Made by a program: the position numbers and the translations under genes. This document shows, piece by piece, positions 35,266 to 49,110 of a DNA stretch of 64,000 nt; positions within the stretch are counted from its first letter, which is position 1, and each line of letters opens with the position of its first letter. This DNA comes from Octopus sinensis. Its lineage: Eukaryota. The DNA is taken from positions 50,778,001-50,842,000 of the forward strand of contig NC_043002.1 of NCBI RefSeq assembly GCF_006345805.1, given 5' to 3'. Below the pieces are notes generated by a model, which ran no database searches, was not told where the DNA came from, and saw only the letters and a program-made list of their open reading frames with translations.

Positions 35266-35505
35266 AGGCGGCGAGCAGGCAGAAACGTTAGCACGTCGGG
35301 CGAAATGCTTAGCGGTATTTCGTCTGCCGTTACGTTCTGAGTTCAAATTCCGCCGAGGTCGACTTTACCTTTCATCCTTTCGGGATCGATAAAGTAAGTA
35401 CCAGTTACGCACTGGGGTCGATGTAATCGACTTAATACCTATGTCTGTCCTTGATTGTCCTCTCTATGTTTAGCCCCTTGTGGGTAATAATAAAGAAATA
35501 GGTAT
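35266..35505 (+). mobile_element. Family B SINE, young full-length copy
   Basis: GGCGGCGAGCAGGCAGAAACGTTAGCACGTCGGGCGAAATGCTTAGCGG...GAGTTCAAATTCCGCCGAGG...TAATAATAAAGAAATAGGTATT. Confidence 0.9.
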
Positions 35506-35509
35506 TAGT

Positions 35510-36640
35510 GTGGGTTTGGGTGTAGTTGGTGGGGTTGATGGCGATAAGTTAGTGCTGCTACTGTTATGTCATGGTGATGGAGATGATGGTGGCGATGGTG
35601 GTGATGATCATGCAGATAGTGCCATTGGTTTGGGCGTCGTGATGATATTCGTGTCATGGTTGTTAGGGTGATGTCGATGTGACGCGTTATGAGCTTCATG
35701 ATGATAATGAGGGTGCTGATGCTGGTAGTGATAATGATGCGATCATGATACTGCGGATGATGTTATTGGTGGTGGCGATGTCGGTGGTGGTGATATTGTT
35801 ATTGTTGATGGTGGTGGTGAAGACGAGGGCAATGCTATGATGGATGGTTGTGTTGGTGTTGTTTTTGGTGATGTCGGTAGTGGTAATGCTAGAGGTGGTG
35901 TTGGTTGTTTTTGTTGTTGTTGTTAAGCAACAAGACGTGTAAGGGTGATTACGTGATGATCTAGGGCTTAGGAGCGGGAGACCCCAGACCTTGGAAAAAA
36001 AAACTTTGGTCGTCTTGTTGTAGTCGAGGGTTCTTCGTTGACGCCCGACACCACTGGGAGGTGGCCCACGAAGTCGCTGGAAATGGAGATCTCCAGGTCC
36101 AAATTCTTGAACGGGTGGTGGTCGTTGTGGCAGTTTTGTTATTGTTTTTGGTAGTGGTGATAGTGGTGGTGCTGGTGGAGGCGGTGATGGTGTACGTGGT
36201 GATAGTGGTGGTGATAGTGGTCGTGTTGGTGGTGATGGTGATAATGGTAGTTGTGATGGTGGTGGTGGAGATATTAATGGATTCATAGTCATGGTGGAGA
36301 CATCACTAGTGTTGATGTCAGTGGTGACGTAACGGAGTACGATGGTGGTGGTGACGACGCATTTATAATGTCGACAGTGATGACAGTGATGATGTCGTCG
36401 TCGGTGATGCTGCTGATAATGGTGATGCTTGATAAGGTAGTAGTGGTGGTAGTTGATAAGGTAGTAGTGACGGCCCCATCGTGACGATGGAGGATATTAG
36501 TGATGCGTTGATGACGTCTGTGTCGTTGGTATTTCAATTGATAATGAAGATGGAGTTAACGTATGTTGGTGGAGGCAATGCTGGAGATGGTGGCGGATGG
36601 TAACTGACTCAGATGGGGGTGGCGATAGTGTTGGTACCGT
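35510..36640. repeat. Low-complexity (GGT/GAT)-rich tract
   Basis: Degenerate GGTGGTGATGAT repeats; source of the Pro/Thr- and Val-rich ORFs. Confidence 0.85.
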
Positions 36641-36727
36641 TGACGTTTATTGTATATAAAGGCAGCACGAGTTATACTATATTTGATGTAACTTTATTTT
36701 GTTTGCAGTTATATTATATCATAACCA

Positions 36728-36872
36728 CAGACGTGACTGTGTGGTAAGAAGTTTGCTTCCCGGTCGCATGGTTCTGGGTACAGTCCCTGTGCAAGTGTCT
36801 TCTACTATAGCTTCGAGTGGACCAAATCCTTGTGAGTAGATTTGGTTCACGGAAACTGAAAGAAGCCCATCG
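36728..36872 (+). mobile_element. Family A SINE 5' half
   Basis: GACGTGACTGTGTGGTAAGAAGTTTGCTTCC...CGGAAACTGAAAGAAGCCCATCG. Confidence 0.8.
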
Positions 36873-36940
36873 TACATATATATATTTATATCTTATCTTT
36901 TACTTGTTTCAGTCATTAGACTGCAGCCATGCTGGGACAC

Positions 36941-37014
<74 letters not shown>

Positions 37015-37261
37015 CATATGGTATAATTATAAACAGTGCAAATTTTAGCCTTTTCTCCGCAGACAGTAAAAAATGAACAACCTTAATCAATTTTCGAACC
37101 TGACTGGATTCCAGAGAAAGAAGTAGTCACACTGATTAAATGCAGTAGTTACTCTATGAAGGAGTCCCTAATTTGCGTATCGAAAATGTTTAACACTCTA
37201 TAAATACCAGAGGCCCGTCAACGGGGATCTTAGTCCACGCAGTGTCTGCCTGTGTGTATGA

Positions 37262-37301
<40 letters not shown>

Positions 37302-37304
37302 TTG

Positions 37305-37397
<93 letters not shown>

Positions 37398-38043
37398 ATG
37401 ACAACTGATGCATAGCAGTTCTGGAGAAGGGCCCGATACAAGAAGTTCTAGGCTTCAAAAATATATGTACCGTGGTCGATTCATGCGACTAAAAATTCTT
37501 CAAGGCGGCGCTCCAGAATGGCCGTAGACTAATGACAAAAACAAATAAAAGATAAAGGACTAAACACTTAGCAATACACTATCCAGTTTGTCCTTCCTAG
37601 TCTTTGAAGAGATATGAGGGTAATTTGAAATGGACTTCCAGGGTAAGTCCCTTGTAGTTTGCTGTTGTTTCCTGCGGTCCCCCTTGATCTTCTTCAATGG
37701 CTCGATAATGAAGGTGGCGTTGTTTAACCCCAGGTTATCAATGGAGAGGAGAACTATGATCAAAAGTATTGCAACCAAGACCATTCAGCACATTTTCTGT
37801 GTACAGTGGCCATGGGACCACATCATCAATTTAAGATGCTGAGGGTGGGTGTAGCTTAAGGATGGATTAGCTGATATTTCAATCAGGTTGAAGTTGAAGC
37901 CCTCGATATCAGTGGTGGTTGTGGTGCCGATGGTTTTGATATGAACACCTTAGTTCTTGAATGCTGCAATGAAATTGGTATTGATTTTGGCGTAGATAAT
38001 AATCGTTGTTGCTCTTGTGGTGCTGTTGATGACGGTGTTGGTA

Positions 38044-38105
<62 letters not shown>

Positions 38106-38400
38106 AATGATGATAATGATGATGATGATGATGGTAATGATGGTGATAAGGTCGACAACGACGATGATGGTAATGATGATGATGACGACGACGACGATGA
38201 TGATGATGACGATGACGACGATGACGATGTTGATGATGTTTATAACGATGACGGTGATGATGAAGCGGAGGAGGAGCAAGAGGAGGAATATGAGCTGGAT
38301 GGTGAAATGACGACGGAGAGGATGACGATGGTGATGATGACGACGATAATTATACAGGTGGCATTAATGATGACGTTAATGATGATGATGATGATGATAA
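38044..38400. repeat. (GAT/GAC)n microsatellite
   Basis: Direct reading. Confidence 0.95.
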
Positions 38401-38954
38401 TATTGTTATATGTGTACAGATAATGTATGAGTGCGTATACGAACATTTGCATGCACTCATCCAAAGAATTTGCATATTAGTGCGTGCGCCTGCGTGTGCA
38501 TGCTTCCGCTTGTGTATGTTTATTATTGTGTATGAAAGAGGGCGCTAAGAACGTGTATCATTGTACCAAGGTGTGTGTACACGTGAACGGGTGCACGTGT
38601 GTTTGTGTAAGTGGTTGTATGTGTGTGTGTGTGTGCTTGTTTATACGTGTGTATGTGTGCATACATGTATAGACGAGTGCGTTTTTATTCTGGTGTGTGT
38701 TTGTGTGCTGTCAGATTAACCCATTGAGTGCGGTGGGAATGGAATGGAGTTGTCCAATAATTTATACCTGATTTATGAGCTAAGGAATCATTTTCTAGAT
38801 ATGCAATCACCGAACTTTGCTTTCGTTGCAATAAATATATAGAAAAAGAACAACGTGCATAATTGCGCAAGAGAATCTCTATAACGTTTGTGTGTTTCTG
38901 CGTCTAGATATGTGTATGTTTGTGTTTTATATGTATGCATATATGTGTTTAGAT

Positions 38955-38961
38955 TTGTATG

Positions 38962-38995
<34 letters not shown>

Positions 38996-39379
38996 TGTAT
39001 GTATGTATGTATGTATGTATGTATGTGTGTGTGTACGTACGTAAACATGCAAGTATGTATATATGTACATATGTATGTACACATGTACGTATGTATGTAT
39101 TAATGAATGTATGTGTGCATGTATGCTTTTATGCATGTATGGATAATGTATGTATGCATGTATGTGCATTATTAAGATACATATAATTGCATGACTGTAT
39201 GAAAGTATGAATGTATGTGTGTGTATTATTACGATATATTTGTAATTTATAATAGTATATGCAAGTTTACTCACAGACATATATATATGCATGTTTGTAT
39301 ATACATACATACATACATACATATATGTATATATATATATTTATGCATACATATATATGTATATGTGTATATATGTATG

Positions 39380-39413
<34 letters not shown>

Positions 39414-39450
39414 TGTATGTATGTATGTATGTATGTATGTATGTGTGTGT
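38955..39450. repeat. (TATG)n compound microsatellite
   Basis: Direct reading. Confidence 0.9.
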
Positions 39451-39900
39451 ATATGCATATGAATTTATGTTTGCACATGTAATCATACTCGCTTTAAATT
39501 CCATTTTAAATATTAGTAAATGAATATCGATTGCGATGGAAGGAAAATACTCTCATACATTGCATGAATATCCTTATCAAACTTGTCGTCAGTCATTTAT
39601 CATAGAATAAATATATTTGGGCGGGAAGAACAAAAATCTAAAATCAACAACAACAACAACAACAACAACGCCTAAACAACAAGTATACAGCAATAAACAA
39701 CTAGCGTGTAACTACATGAATAAGTAAAGATAACCAGAAAACAAAGAGGCAATCTGTTATTAAAAAAATAGTACGTAAAATAAATATTACATATGAACAT
39801 GGAAAGACGGAAAATAATATAATTACACACATACACACGCAGACATACACACGTCTAGAGAGATATACAGATAACTGTATATATAGATATATAGATAATG

Positions 39901-39931
<31 letters not shown>

Positions 39932-41085
39932 ATATATATATATATTTATAAATGTACACATAAATGTGTGTTGGTATTTCATATGTACATATATACACAC
40001 ACATACACACACGCACATACACCCACGCACCCACGCGCGCACACACCACACACACTTACAGTTATATGTATAGTGCCAAATACATACATTTGCTTGTAGG
40101 TATATATGTATATATATATATATATATATATAAGTATACATGCACAAATACATGTAATATATATACATACATACATACATACATACATACATACATACAT
40201 ACATACATACATACACACATACATACAAGCACACACATACATTCACACGCACGCACATACATATATATGTATGAAACACATCTCCATATTAGACATAAAT
40301 GATGCATTAAGTTCTGCATGAACATTTAGAATTTTTCTATAAACCTGTAAGACGAATGATAATTTCGTGTCTTCATATGAGGAGAACAGGAAAAGACTTA
40401 CGTTCATATTATATTGACATCAAAGATATCTCTCGTTATTGTCTTGATAATTTCTCCCTCTCTCCCTATCTCTGTATTTATTATTTCTTTTTTACATTGT
40501 ATTCCATCTTAATGTCATTAGTATTGTAGTATTTATTGTTGTTATTGTATTTGTCATTGTATTTGTTTTTCCATCCACTCCCTAGTTTTGCTTCGCTTCT
40601 GTCTTCTCGTCTATGTATTATCATATGTGCGTATGTGTGTCTGAATTTTATTTTGCTTTACTGTTTCTGATGATTTACCTTGCAATTGTCTAACCGCCGT
40701 CGTTTGGATTTTTATTTCGTTTGTTAATTGCCATCCTCATATGCCCTAGTGTGTGCGCATGTGAAAAGCGGGTGCGTATTTGTACATATGTATGTTTAAA
40801 TACTTGCATTTAAATCTGCACGTATGTATGCATATATTTGCACACTCAGATTTATATTTAATGTGTGTGTGCATGAGTGTGTGTGCAGACAGAGAGACAT
40901 ACTCAGTCACAGACACGCTGCTGTGGCAAATATGCGTTTACATATACGCTAATATGTTTGTTTGTGAGTAGGTATATATATATATATATATATATCTAAT
41001 GTTTCTGTGTATATACTTTATATATGATGCACATATATACATATATATATATGCATACATTCATAGATACATACACACGCCCGCG

Positions 41086-41133
<48 letters not shown>

Positions 41134-41639
41134 CACGCATTCATATATCTTAAATTTGTAAATATAGACACTCTAAAACGAAAAAAGCCATACATATTTA
41201 TTACAGTTTCATTTATTTTAGTGTTTTATATTAGTATGTACAATACATATAATATAATCATTTATCTTACGTAACTAGCCTCATATTTGAAACCTATACA
41301 TCAAAATCCTGACTATACATTTCGCAGACATTTATATATTATTGTCTTGTAATTATTTATTTTAAACTGTTTTCTTATTTGAATGATTGGAAGCTTATGA
41401 AAATACTATTCCTTTCATTTGTCCATTCGTTTATTCCTTTTCTGTTACTGGACTGCGGCAATGTCGGGGTATTTCAGGAGTTTCGTCGATGATATCGACC
41501 CTGGTACTTTATGATAAAATGCGGTAATCAAATATAATGTTACTTTTACTATTTTTTTTTTGTTCTGTGAGCTACCGATTCTGTCTACATATAAATAATA
41601 TTATTTTTTTCTATAATGTTTTTTTTCTACTATTGTCTA

Positions 41640-42080
41640 CAGGGTGATGGGGCTAAATTTGACAGCTTGCAGAAAAGGAAAAGATAACACCATTTCCCAC
41701 CTAAGAGTAAAAGTATTCTTTTTTTTAAATCAGAAATATAATAGATTATGGCTGTTAGATAACAGTTTACACAAAGTAGCCGCCCTCGTTGGAGAGTATC
41801 AAGATTAAATTTGTAGTTGCGAAAAGGTTGGTTGACATAGAGAATTGGAAGCCATTTGAATATTGGGAAATATTTACAGCACTCTTTTCGGAGTCATGGC
41901 AAGAAGCCGCATCCTTCTGCCACACATACGGCTTTCCCGCAACAACCTTCTCCAGTCAGAGTTAGACCATAGTCTCCAGAAGCTTCAGATAACCGTCTGA
42001 ATTGAGCCTAAGAGCATGATCAAAGATTTTGGGCGCCATTACATCTATCTAACTGGAGACTCACCGAAAGGTCATCACAT
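41640..42080 (-). mobile_element. Second DD37D (maT) Tc1/mariner fragment
   Basis: TA|CAGGGTGATGGGGCTAAATTTGACAG terminus like 17803. Minus-strand HALRLNSDGYLKLLET...GKPYVWQKDAASCHDSEKS. Confidence 0.85.
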
Positions 42081-42357
42081 TTCGAGTGGATGTATATGGT
42101 ACATCACATGGAGTGTAGGCAAGCAACCTAACGATATCAATATTTTTACTATGGAATGAAATCGAAGACACAAGTCATTTGGGACTCAAATGAAACATTC
42201 ATCTTTTCAGGGTGGGTAAAATAGCTACCAGTTGATGACCCACGGGTATAGTTTCAGAACTTGTGCCTATAGTAGAGAAAATAAATAACACTCTTAAGAG
42301 ATTTGACAGATAAATAAATATAATAAAACAAATTTAATAATAATAATAATAATAATA

Positions 42358-42392
<35 letters not shown>

Positions 42393-43657
42393 GTAAATTC
42401 ATTTATTAGCCACAAGGACTCACATGCAATAACATTACTATGACACAGACATAAAAGACAACACAGAACGATACAATGGGTTTTACGGCGTGTAAACAAT
42501 ATGTAACAATAAAAAAATCTAAAAAAAATTAAAACTCACAATAGGGAAGGCGCTTTAAGGTCCTTGTGGAAAAAGCCGCAGGTGCTTGATCAACAGAGCA
42601 AGAGTCCTTCTTTGATTCCCTTTATTACAGAATTGGTCCTTTCACACTGGCCATTCTTCCAACATTCACCCACCTTCCAACAAACTAGAAGGCAACACTT
42701 TCCTCTTTACCCTCAACTCCCTTTGCAAATGAAACTTGAAAAAGTTGATGAGGGCTTGGCCAAGGTGGAAAGTGTCTGACTTTAGCCCTTTCAGACGAGT
42801 CCACCATACTACCTCTTTCGCTACAACCATCAGACAAATAAAACTTGCCTGCTTCTCCCGGTCAAAGGAGGGAAGCGAAGCAATCTTCACAATGGATTCA
42901 GCTGATAGCCGGATCCGTTCTATACATGACAGCAGGTGTTCGACATAAGCCCGCAGATCAGCAATACTCGGACACTGGACAAAGGCGTGTAGAATGGTCT
43001 CATCGTTCTGCGCACACCTCAGGCAGGCCCGGTTGAAGACACTTCCGTGCCTGTAAAGTTTATCTCGAGCAGGCAGCGCCCCTCGGTAGCACTGCCAGGC
43101 AAGGGATTTCGGGAAGTTATCCATAGGCCCAGGCCCGAAAGTTCTCCACAACAGACCAGTTAGTTGATCTTCAGCGTCGTCCAGATTTTCCCCGAGAACG
43201 TCGTCGCACTTTCCCTCCACTAGCCCTTTATAGAACGCCAGAGTGGAACTACCACCGATCGATGTCATTACCCGCCTGGCAGGGGGCTGTGAGCGCTTGA
43301 CGCCACTCGAGGTGCCAAGCGCACCAGCTTGGTCAACCAGCAAACGGGGCAAGGAACGACGGTCAAGCGGTAATAGATGACGGATATGATGTACGTGTCC
43401 GCCACCGGCGCCTGATCTTTCAGTGAAAGCTATCTCTCGGCCCATTTCCGAGTTAGATTGGCTACCATGCTCGTCACCTTGTCTCAGTTTTTCTCCACCT
43501 GGAGGTCTGTACCAAACAAGATTCCGAGGAATTTAACAGGACTGTCTGTCCGGAGCCCAATGATGCTGTTGGACGGCATAGACTTGCTTCTCCAGGAGCC
43601 GAGTTGCAAGCTCACTGACTTTTCCGCGTTAATTTTTGCTCCTGTCACCGCTTCATA
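42393..43657 (-). mobile_element. Tx1/L1-clade LINE, 5'-truncated ORF2 C-terminal part plus 3' UTR
   Basis: RT end YEAVTGAKINAEKS...VKFLGILF; zf-RVT motif AWQCYRGALPARDKL...CLRCAQNDETILHAFVQC; 3' end AATAAATGAAT. (TAA)n lies on both sides. Confidence 0.85.
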
Positions 43658-43675
43658 ATAATAATAATAATAATG

Positions 43676-43734
<59 letters not shown>

Positions 43735-43737
<3 letters not shown>

Positions 43738-44839
43738 CACCATAGGACTGCAAAAATATCTACTTCAGAAGGAAGGAAAACTGATCCAGATAGCGGCAAA
43801 ACACGAGCAAAACAAAAAACTGTTCTCAGTATTTAAGGAAGCTGACAAATACAAACAAGAAATCATACCACCTAATAAACATGAAGAAGAAGAAGAAGAT
43901 GAAGAAACAACAAAAGCTATAAAACAAATGAAATCCAAACTAAAAATAGAACAGCAACGAACCATGATAAAACGATGGCAAGAAAAGCCCCTTCATGGTA
44001 AATACTGCACTAAACTAAACGCAAAAGAAATAGACAAAGAAAAATCCCAGCAATGGTTGAGAAGCTCAGAACTCAAAGCAGAAACAGAGGGATTTTTAAT
44101 TGCAGCACAAGACCAAAGCCTCCCCACCAGAAATTACCAAAAACATGTAATGAAAAGAAATATTACATGTAACTGCAGAATATGTGGAGATGGACAAGAA
44201 ACAATAAATCATATTATCTCTAGCTGCCCAGTCTTGGCTAAGAAGGAATATATTCACAGACATGACAGAGTTGGAACCTACATACATTGGAAGCTATGCC
44301 AACATTATGGAATAACAACAGAAAAAAGATGGTATATGCACACACCAGAAAAGTTCACAGAAAACGAGAAAGCAACCATACTCTGGGATATGCCGATACA
44401 CACAGATAGAGAAATTAAGGCCAACAGACCAGATATAGTTGTCAGAGATCATGAAGAAAAAAATGCTTTCTAATTGATGTATCAATACCGGCTGATGACA
44501 ACGTGTCTCTAAAAGAAATGGAGAAACTCTCAAAATACAAAGACCTGGAAATAGAGGTAACTAGAATGTGGAATCTGAAAACAGAAACAATTCCTATCAT
44601 AGTAGGTGCATTAGGCATGATAAAATAATATTCAGACAAATACATAACAAAAACACCAGGACTTACAAACACATATAACATACAGAAAATTGCACTACTA
44701 GGCACTGCACACATCCTACGCAGAACACTTTCCATACAATAACCATCAGAGCATCACAACAAATCACAGCACATACCCAAGGCACACAGAGCTGTGCTCG
44801 GTAGTGAAGTGAAAGCACGCTATAAAAATAAAACTACTG
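43735..44839 (+). mobile_element. R4/Dong-like LINE, 5'-truncated, young
   Basis: ORF with LKAETEGFLIAAQDQSL, CCHC CRICGDGQETINHIISSC, REL RPDIVVRD; after a frameshift IDVSIPADDNVSLKEMEKLSKYKDL...ILRRTLSIQ*; 3' UTR into (TAA)n; starts inside (TAA)n. Confidence 0.92.
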
Positions 44840-44875
44840 AATAATAATAATAATAACAATAATAATAATAATAAC

Positions 44876-44912
<37 letters not shown>

Positions 44913-44938
44913 TTAATAATAATGATGATGATGATGAC

Positions 44939-44983
<45 letters not shown>

Positions 44984-44993
44984 AATGATGATG

Positions 44994-46362
44994 AAGGGGA
45001 AAGCAGGGTATTCTGGAGTGGGATCTGGGACCAACCTGTAAAGCATAATGATGAAGCGGAGTGGTTGCATGAAATCCAAGACAGGTTAATAAATATAGAA
45101 AGCTAAGATTACATAAAAATAATTACAGAAATTATAAAAAAGCAGTTATGAAATTTCCCAAATTGGAAGAGCCCAGACCCGGATGGGGCCCAGGGTTATT
45201 AGATGAAGAAGCTGAAAGGGCTGCATGAAGGGATACCGCAACAGCTAGATGAATGCTTACAGGAAGGCGCAGTTCTCAGCTGGATGACAATGGGAAAGAT
45301 ATATGTTGTGTGTTAAGGATCCTGAAAAAGGAAATATTGCATCCAACTTTAGAGCAATAACACACCTTCCACTAATGTGGAAGCTAATGTCAGGTGCTCT
45401 GGCCGTTGAACTATATAGATGCTTGGAAAAAAAGTGGGCTACTAAATATTGAAAAGAAAGGGTGTCGAAAGACGAGCTGGGGTATGAAGGGCTAGCTCTT
45501 ATTTGATAATCTAATTATCAGGAAGAGCAAGGGAAGACACACAAACTTGAGCATGGCATAGGTTGGCTATCGTAGAGCATACAATATAATACCACACTCC
45601 TGGATAATAAGAACAACGGAAATGTATGGAATAGCAAGAAAATATAAGAAGCCTTATATGGAACAGCCTGAAGTGCTGGAGAACGGAATTGACAGCGGGG
45701 GATCAAGTATTAGGAGAGGTGAAAATCAAGAGAGGATTCTACCAGGGCGTCCGTGTGTCTCCACTGATATTCTTGCTGGGAATGATCTCCTTGGGTGAAA
45801 TACTACAAAAAACAAAGTTTGGGTATGATCTGGAAAGAGGTAAGAGGAAACTGAACCACTTGCTATTCATGGACGACCTGAAGCTATTCACAAAATCTGC
45901 GGCAGACCTGGACAGCCCAGTCCAGTCAGTGCAGATTTTCATCACTGATATTAAGATGGAGTTTGACCTCTCAAATTGTGTTACGATGGTGATGAGTCGA
46001 CAAGGAAAGCTTGTCAGGACAGAAGGTATGTGGTTGCCAAATGGTGAAATGATGAAGGTAATTCAACCTCAATCTATAAATACCTGGGAACACATGAGGC
46101 GGATAGAATCAAGCACAACAACATGAAGAAAAAGACAAGAAGAGAGTGCCCGCGGAGAGTGAGAAAAATATTATCTTCAAAGCTGAATGCCAGAAACATA
46201 ATTTCGGTAGTATACTTGCGTGGAGTTGCAGTAGTTCAATGGACTGAGAAGAAGCTAAAGGAGATGGACAGGAAATCAAGAAAGCTACTAACGATACATG
46301 GAGCCCATCATCCATGTGCAGACGCTGATTGCCTATACATGAAGAGAGCAAATGGAGGATAG
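44994..46362 (+). pseudogene. Older R4/Dong-like LINE reverse transcriptase remnant
   Basis: FWSGIW, PNWKSPDPDG, KDPEKG...NFRAIT, KRGFYQGVRVSPLIF, LNHLLFMDDLKL, RRVRKILSSKLNARN, HHPCADADCLYMKR. Many disablements. Confidence 0.9.
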
Positions 46363-47470
46363 ATTTTTTCTGTTAGAATTTCAATATTTACTTCCTAAAA
46401 AATAAATGTATTCTGACGAATAATTGAATTCGTACTCTGTTTGTTTCTTTAGTGTCTGAAGAAACAAGTTTGTTGACCTAAGATACTTCGAGGGAAGTAT
46501 TTAAAACATTAGAAACGTTTAATTAATTTACGCGTGTTTCCTTTTAGAAATTAAGGACATTCCAGCACCAAACGAGCAAAATAACACGAAGAATTAAATA
46601 ATTGCTTTATTTTTAAAAGTTTACATTTAACAATTACTCTGAAAATGCTGACGCTATTTTTTCTTCTTCCTCAGTTACTAATCTATAAATGCTCTACAAT
46701 GAAAGATAACGCAATAAATAAATAAATAAAGATAAAGTCATCCTGATGACTTCTAAACAGAATGAAATAGTGCTCTACATTTGGTACTGACTAGAAATTT
46801 TAAGAATTGGTAATCAGTAATCATCGACAGTAGGATAATTAAATACGCGTAGTCTGTGCATCTTTTTCCTTATTACCAATTTCAAACTTCTAATCTCTCC
46901 AGATATGAAGAAACGATTATCTATCTTGATTTGGGGTACCGCCGATAGGGGGCGCCACATTCTCTTCTACATAGTTTTACTCGTTTGAAAATCTACGATA
47001 TAGGACACTCAGATTGCTAATTAACTCAAAACAAAAGCAAAGGAGAAAACGGGAAAGAAAGATTGAAAGAAAGGAAGAAAAAGAAAAGACAGAAGGAAAA
47101 AGAAAGACATAAAGGAAGACAGAAAGAAAGACAGAAAGAGGGAGAAAGGTATGAAGGAAGAAAGAAAAAAATGGATGGCAGAAAGAAAAGAAGAGAGATT
47201 GAAAAAGAAAAAATGACGACGATTGAAAATGAGGAAAGGTGGAGAAATTAAGCACAATATGCGAACACAAAAGCACGCGCGCACACACACATACATGCGT
47301 GTATACATACAAGTTTTGTAGATGCACATTTTATGTCAGGATTTTGCATACATATCTATATGCACACACACATACACACACACAGAGACACACATATATC
47401 AATTTCCGTTGTGTTCTCCATGTACGTATATACATAGATAAACACACACATATTTGTATATATTATATAT

Positions 47471-47504
<34 letters not shown>

Positions 47505-47973
47505 CAGAAACACCTATATACAAGTGGTCATTGAAATTGAAATCCAAACTATTACATATTAGCGGATAATAAATTATTTATGAGACTTCATCAATTATAA
47601 TATTCTTTAAAGTGTGTTTGCGGCTCTTGTTTATGTTTCCCCTTCTCTCTCTCTGTCTTTCTCTCTTTCTCTCTCTCTCTCTTTCATGATATGTATGCTA
47701 TATATATACATGAATATATGCATTTGTATCTATATATATATATGTATATATGTAATTATATGTATATATATATGCATATATACATATACATTTAAATATT
47801 GAAGCATACATACAAATACGTATATAAACACGATACATATGTATGTGTATATGCACACAGATTAGTATATATGCACAGGAGCACACATACGTACACAAAT
47901 ATACAGACGCATATATCTGCATGTGTTTATAATCACATAATGGTACATATATATATACATGTACACATTCATA

Positions 47974-48025
<52 letters not shown>

Positions 48026-48036
48026 TAGAGAGAGAG

Positions 48037-48100
<64 letters not shown>

Positions 48101-48699
48101 TGATAGATAGATAGCTATAGATATAGATAGATGCACATATACGCAGACATATACCTAAGTAGAATTGTTATATATTGAATATAATACCTCACTTTATTAT
48201 GTCGTAATAAATTAATCTTCGTTGATGGTAAAAACGATGCTAATATCTAAATAGTTATTTCAAGACAAAGGTGATATGTCACCGTACCGGATGCTAGTTA
48301 AGATTTCAGATCAAGTGCCATCTCAGGTCAGGGTAGATAGAGATAGTGATTTCTGGTAGAAAGCATGCAGCTAGCATATTGGTTTAGGAAGCGTGGAGTA
48401 ACACAAGGTTTAATGCGGATAATATAACTATCGATAGAAGATGTCAGTAGTTTGTTAGATAGTAATTTATTCGAAGAATAATTACCATTAATTTTACGAA
48501 AAAGTCGTAGAATGAAGTATCTGTCTTGCCTTTGGTGGCTTGCTGACTTCCTGGTTATAGCAATGGAAATTGAAGTGACGGTCGCTATAAAGCTATTGTT
48601 ATGGAAGGTCGCTAGCGCCACCTTTTGTAAATCTGTTGTCTGTGAAGGAAGATAAAAACGACTCGTCTTCTAATGTCGAGGATTTGTAGATCAACAGTG

Positions 48700-49030
48700 G
48701 AAGCACATTTGGTAAATGTTTTAAATGCACTCAAACCCATTGACGCCTATATCAACTCGATTCAATTTCATGGTGTTCGAATATCAAGAGGAAAACAACT
48801 CGAATCATACCGACAGACAAGGGTTGGTTTCCCAGTGTTCATGACGTATATATTCCCCACCTGGACGGGTCACCGGTCCGCTGCAGGATTACTCGTTTTT
48901 GCTGAGTGGACTAGAGAAACGGGAAATAAAGTGTTTTGCTCAAGAACACGGTGAGTCGCCTGGTCCAGGAGTCGAAACCAAGATCTTACGATCACGAGTC
49001 CAACACCCTAACCACTAAGCCGCAAACCTC
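48700..49030 (-). mobile_element. tRNA-derived SINE (family C)
   Basis: Reverse complement: GGAGGTTTGCGGCTTAGTGGTTAGGGTGTTGGACTCGTGATCGTAAGATCTTGGTTTCGACTCC...GTTCTTGAGCAAAACACTTTATTTC. Confidence 0.85.
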
Positions 49031-49071
49031 CACTAATCAAGCGGAAGTGGGGAGCAAATTCCCAAGCGGCT

Positions 49072-49089
<18 letters not shown>

Positions 49090-49110
<21 letters not shown>

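Noticed and set aside
46735-46780. CTGATGA...GAAA near a small hairpin
   Set aside because: CTGATGA is explained by the local palindrome AAGTCATC/GATGACTT. Helix I and helix III do not form.
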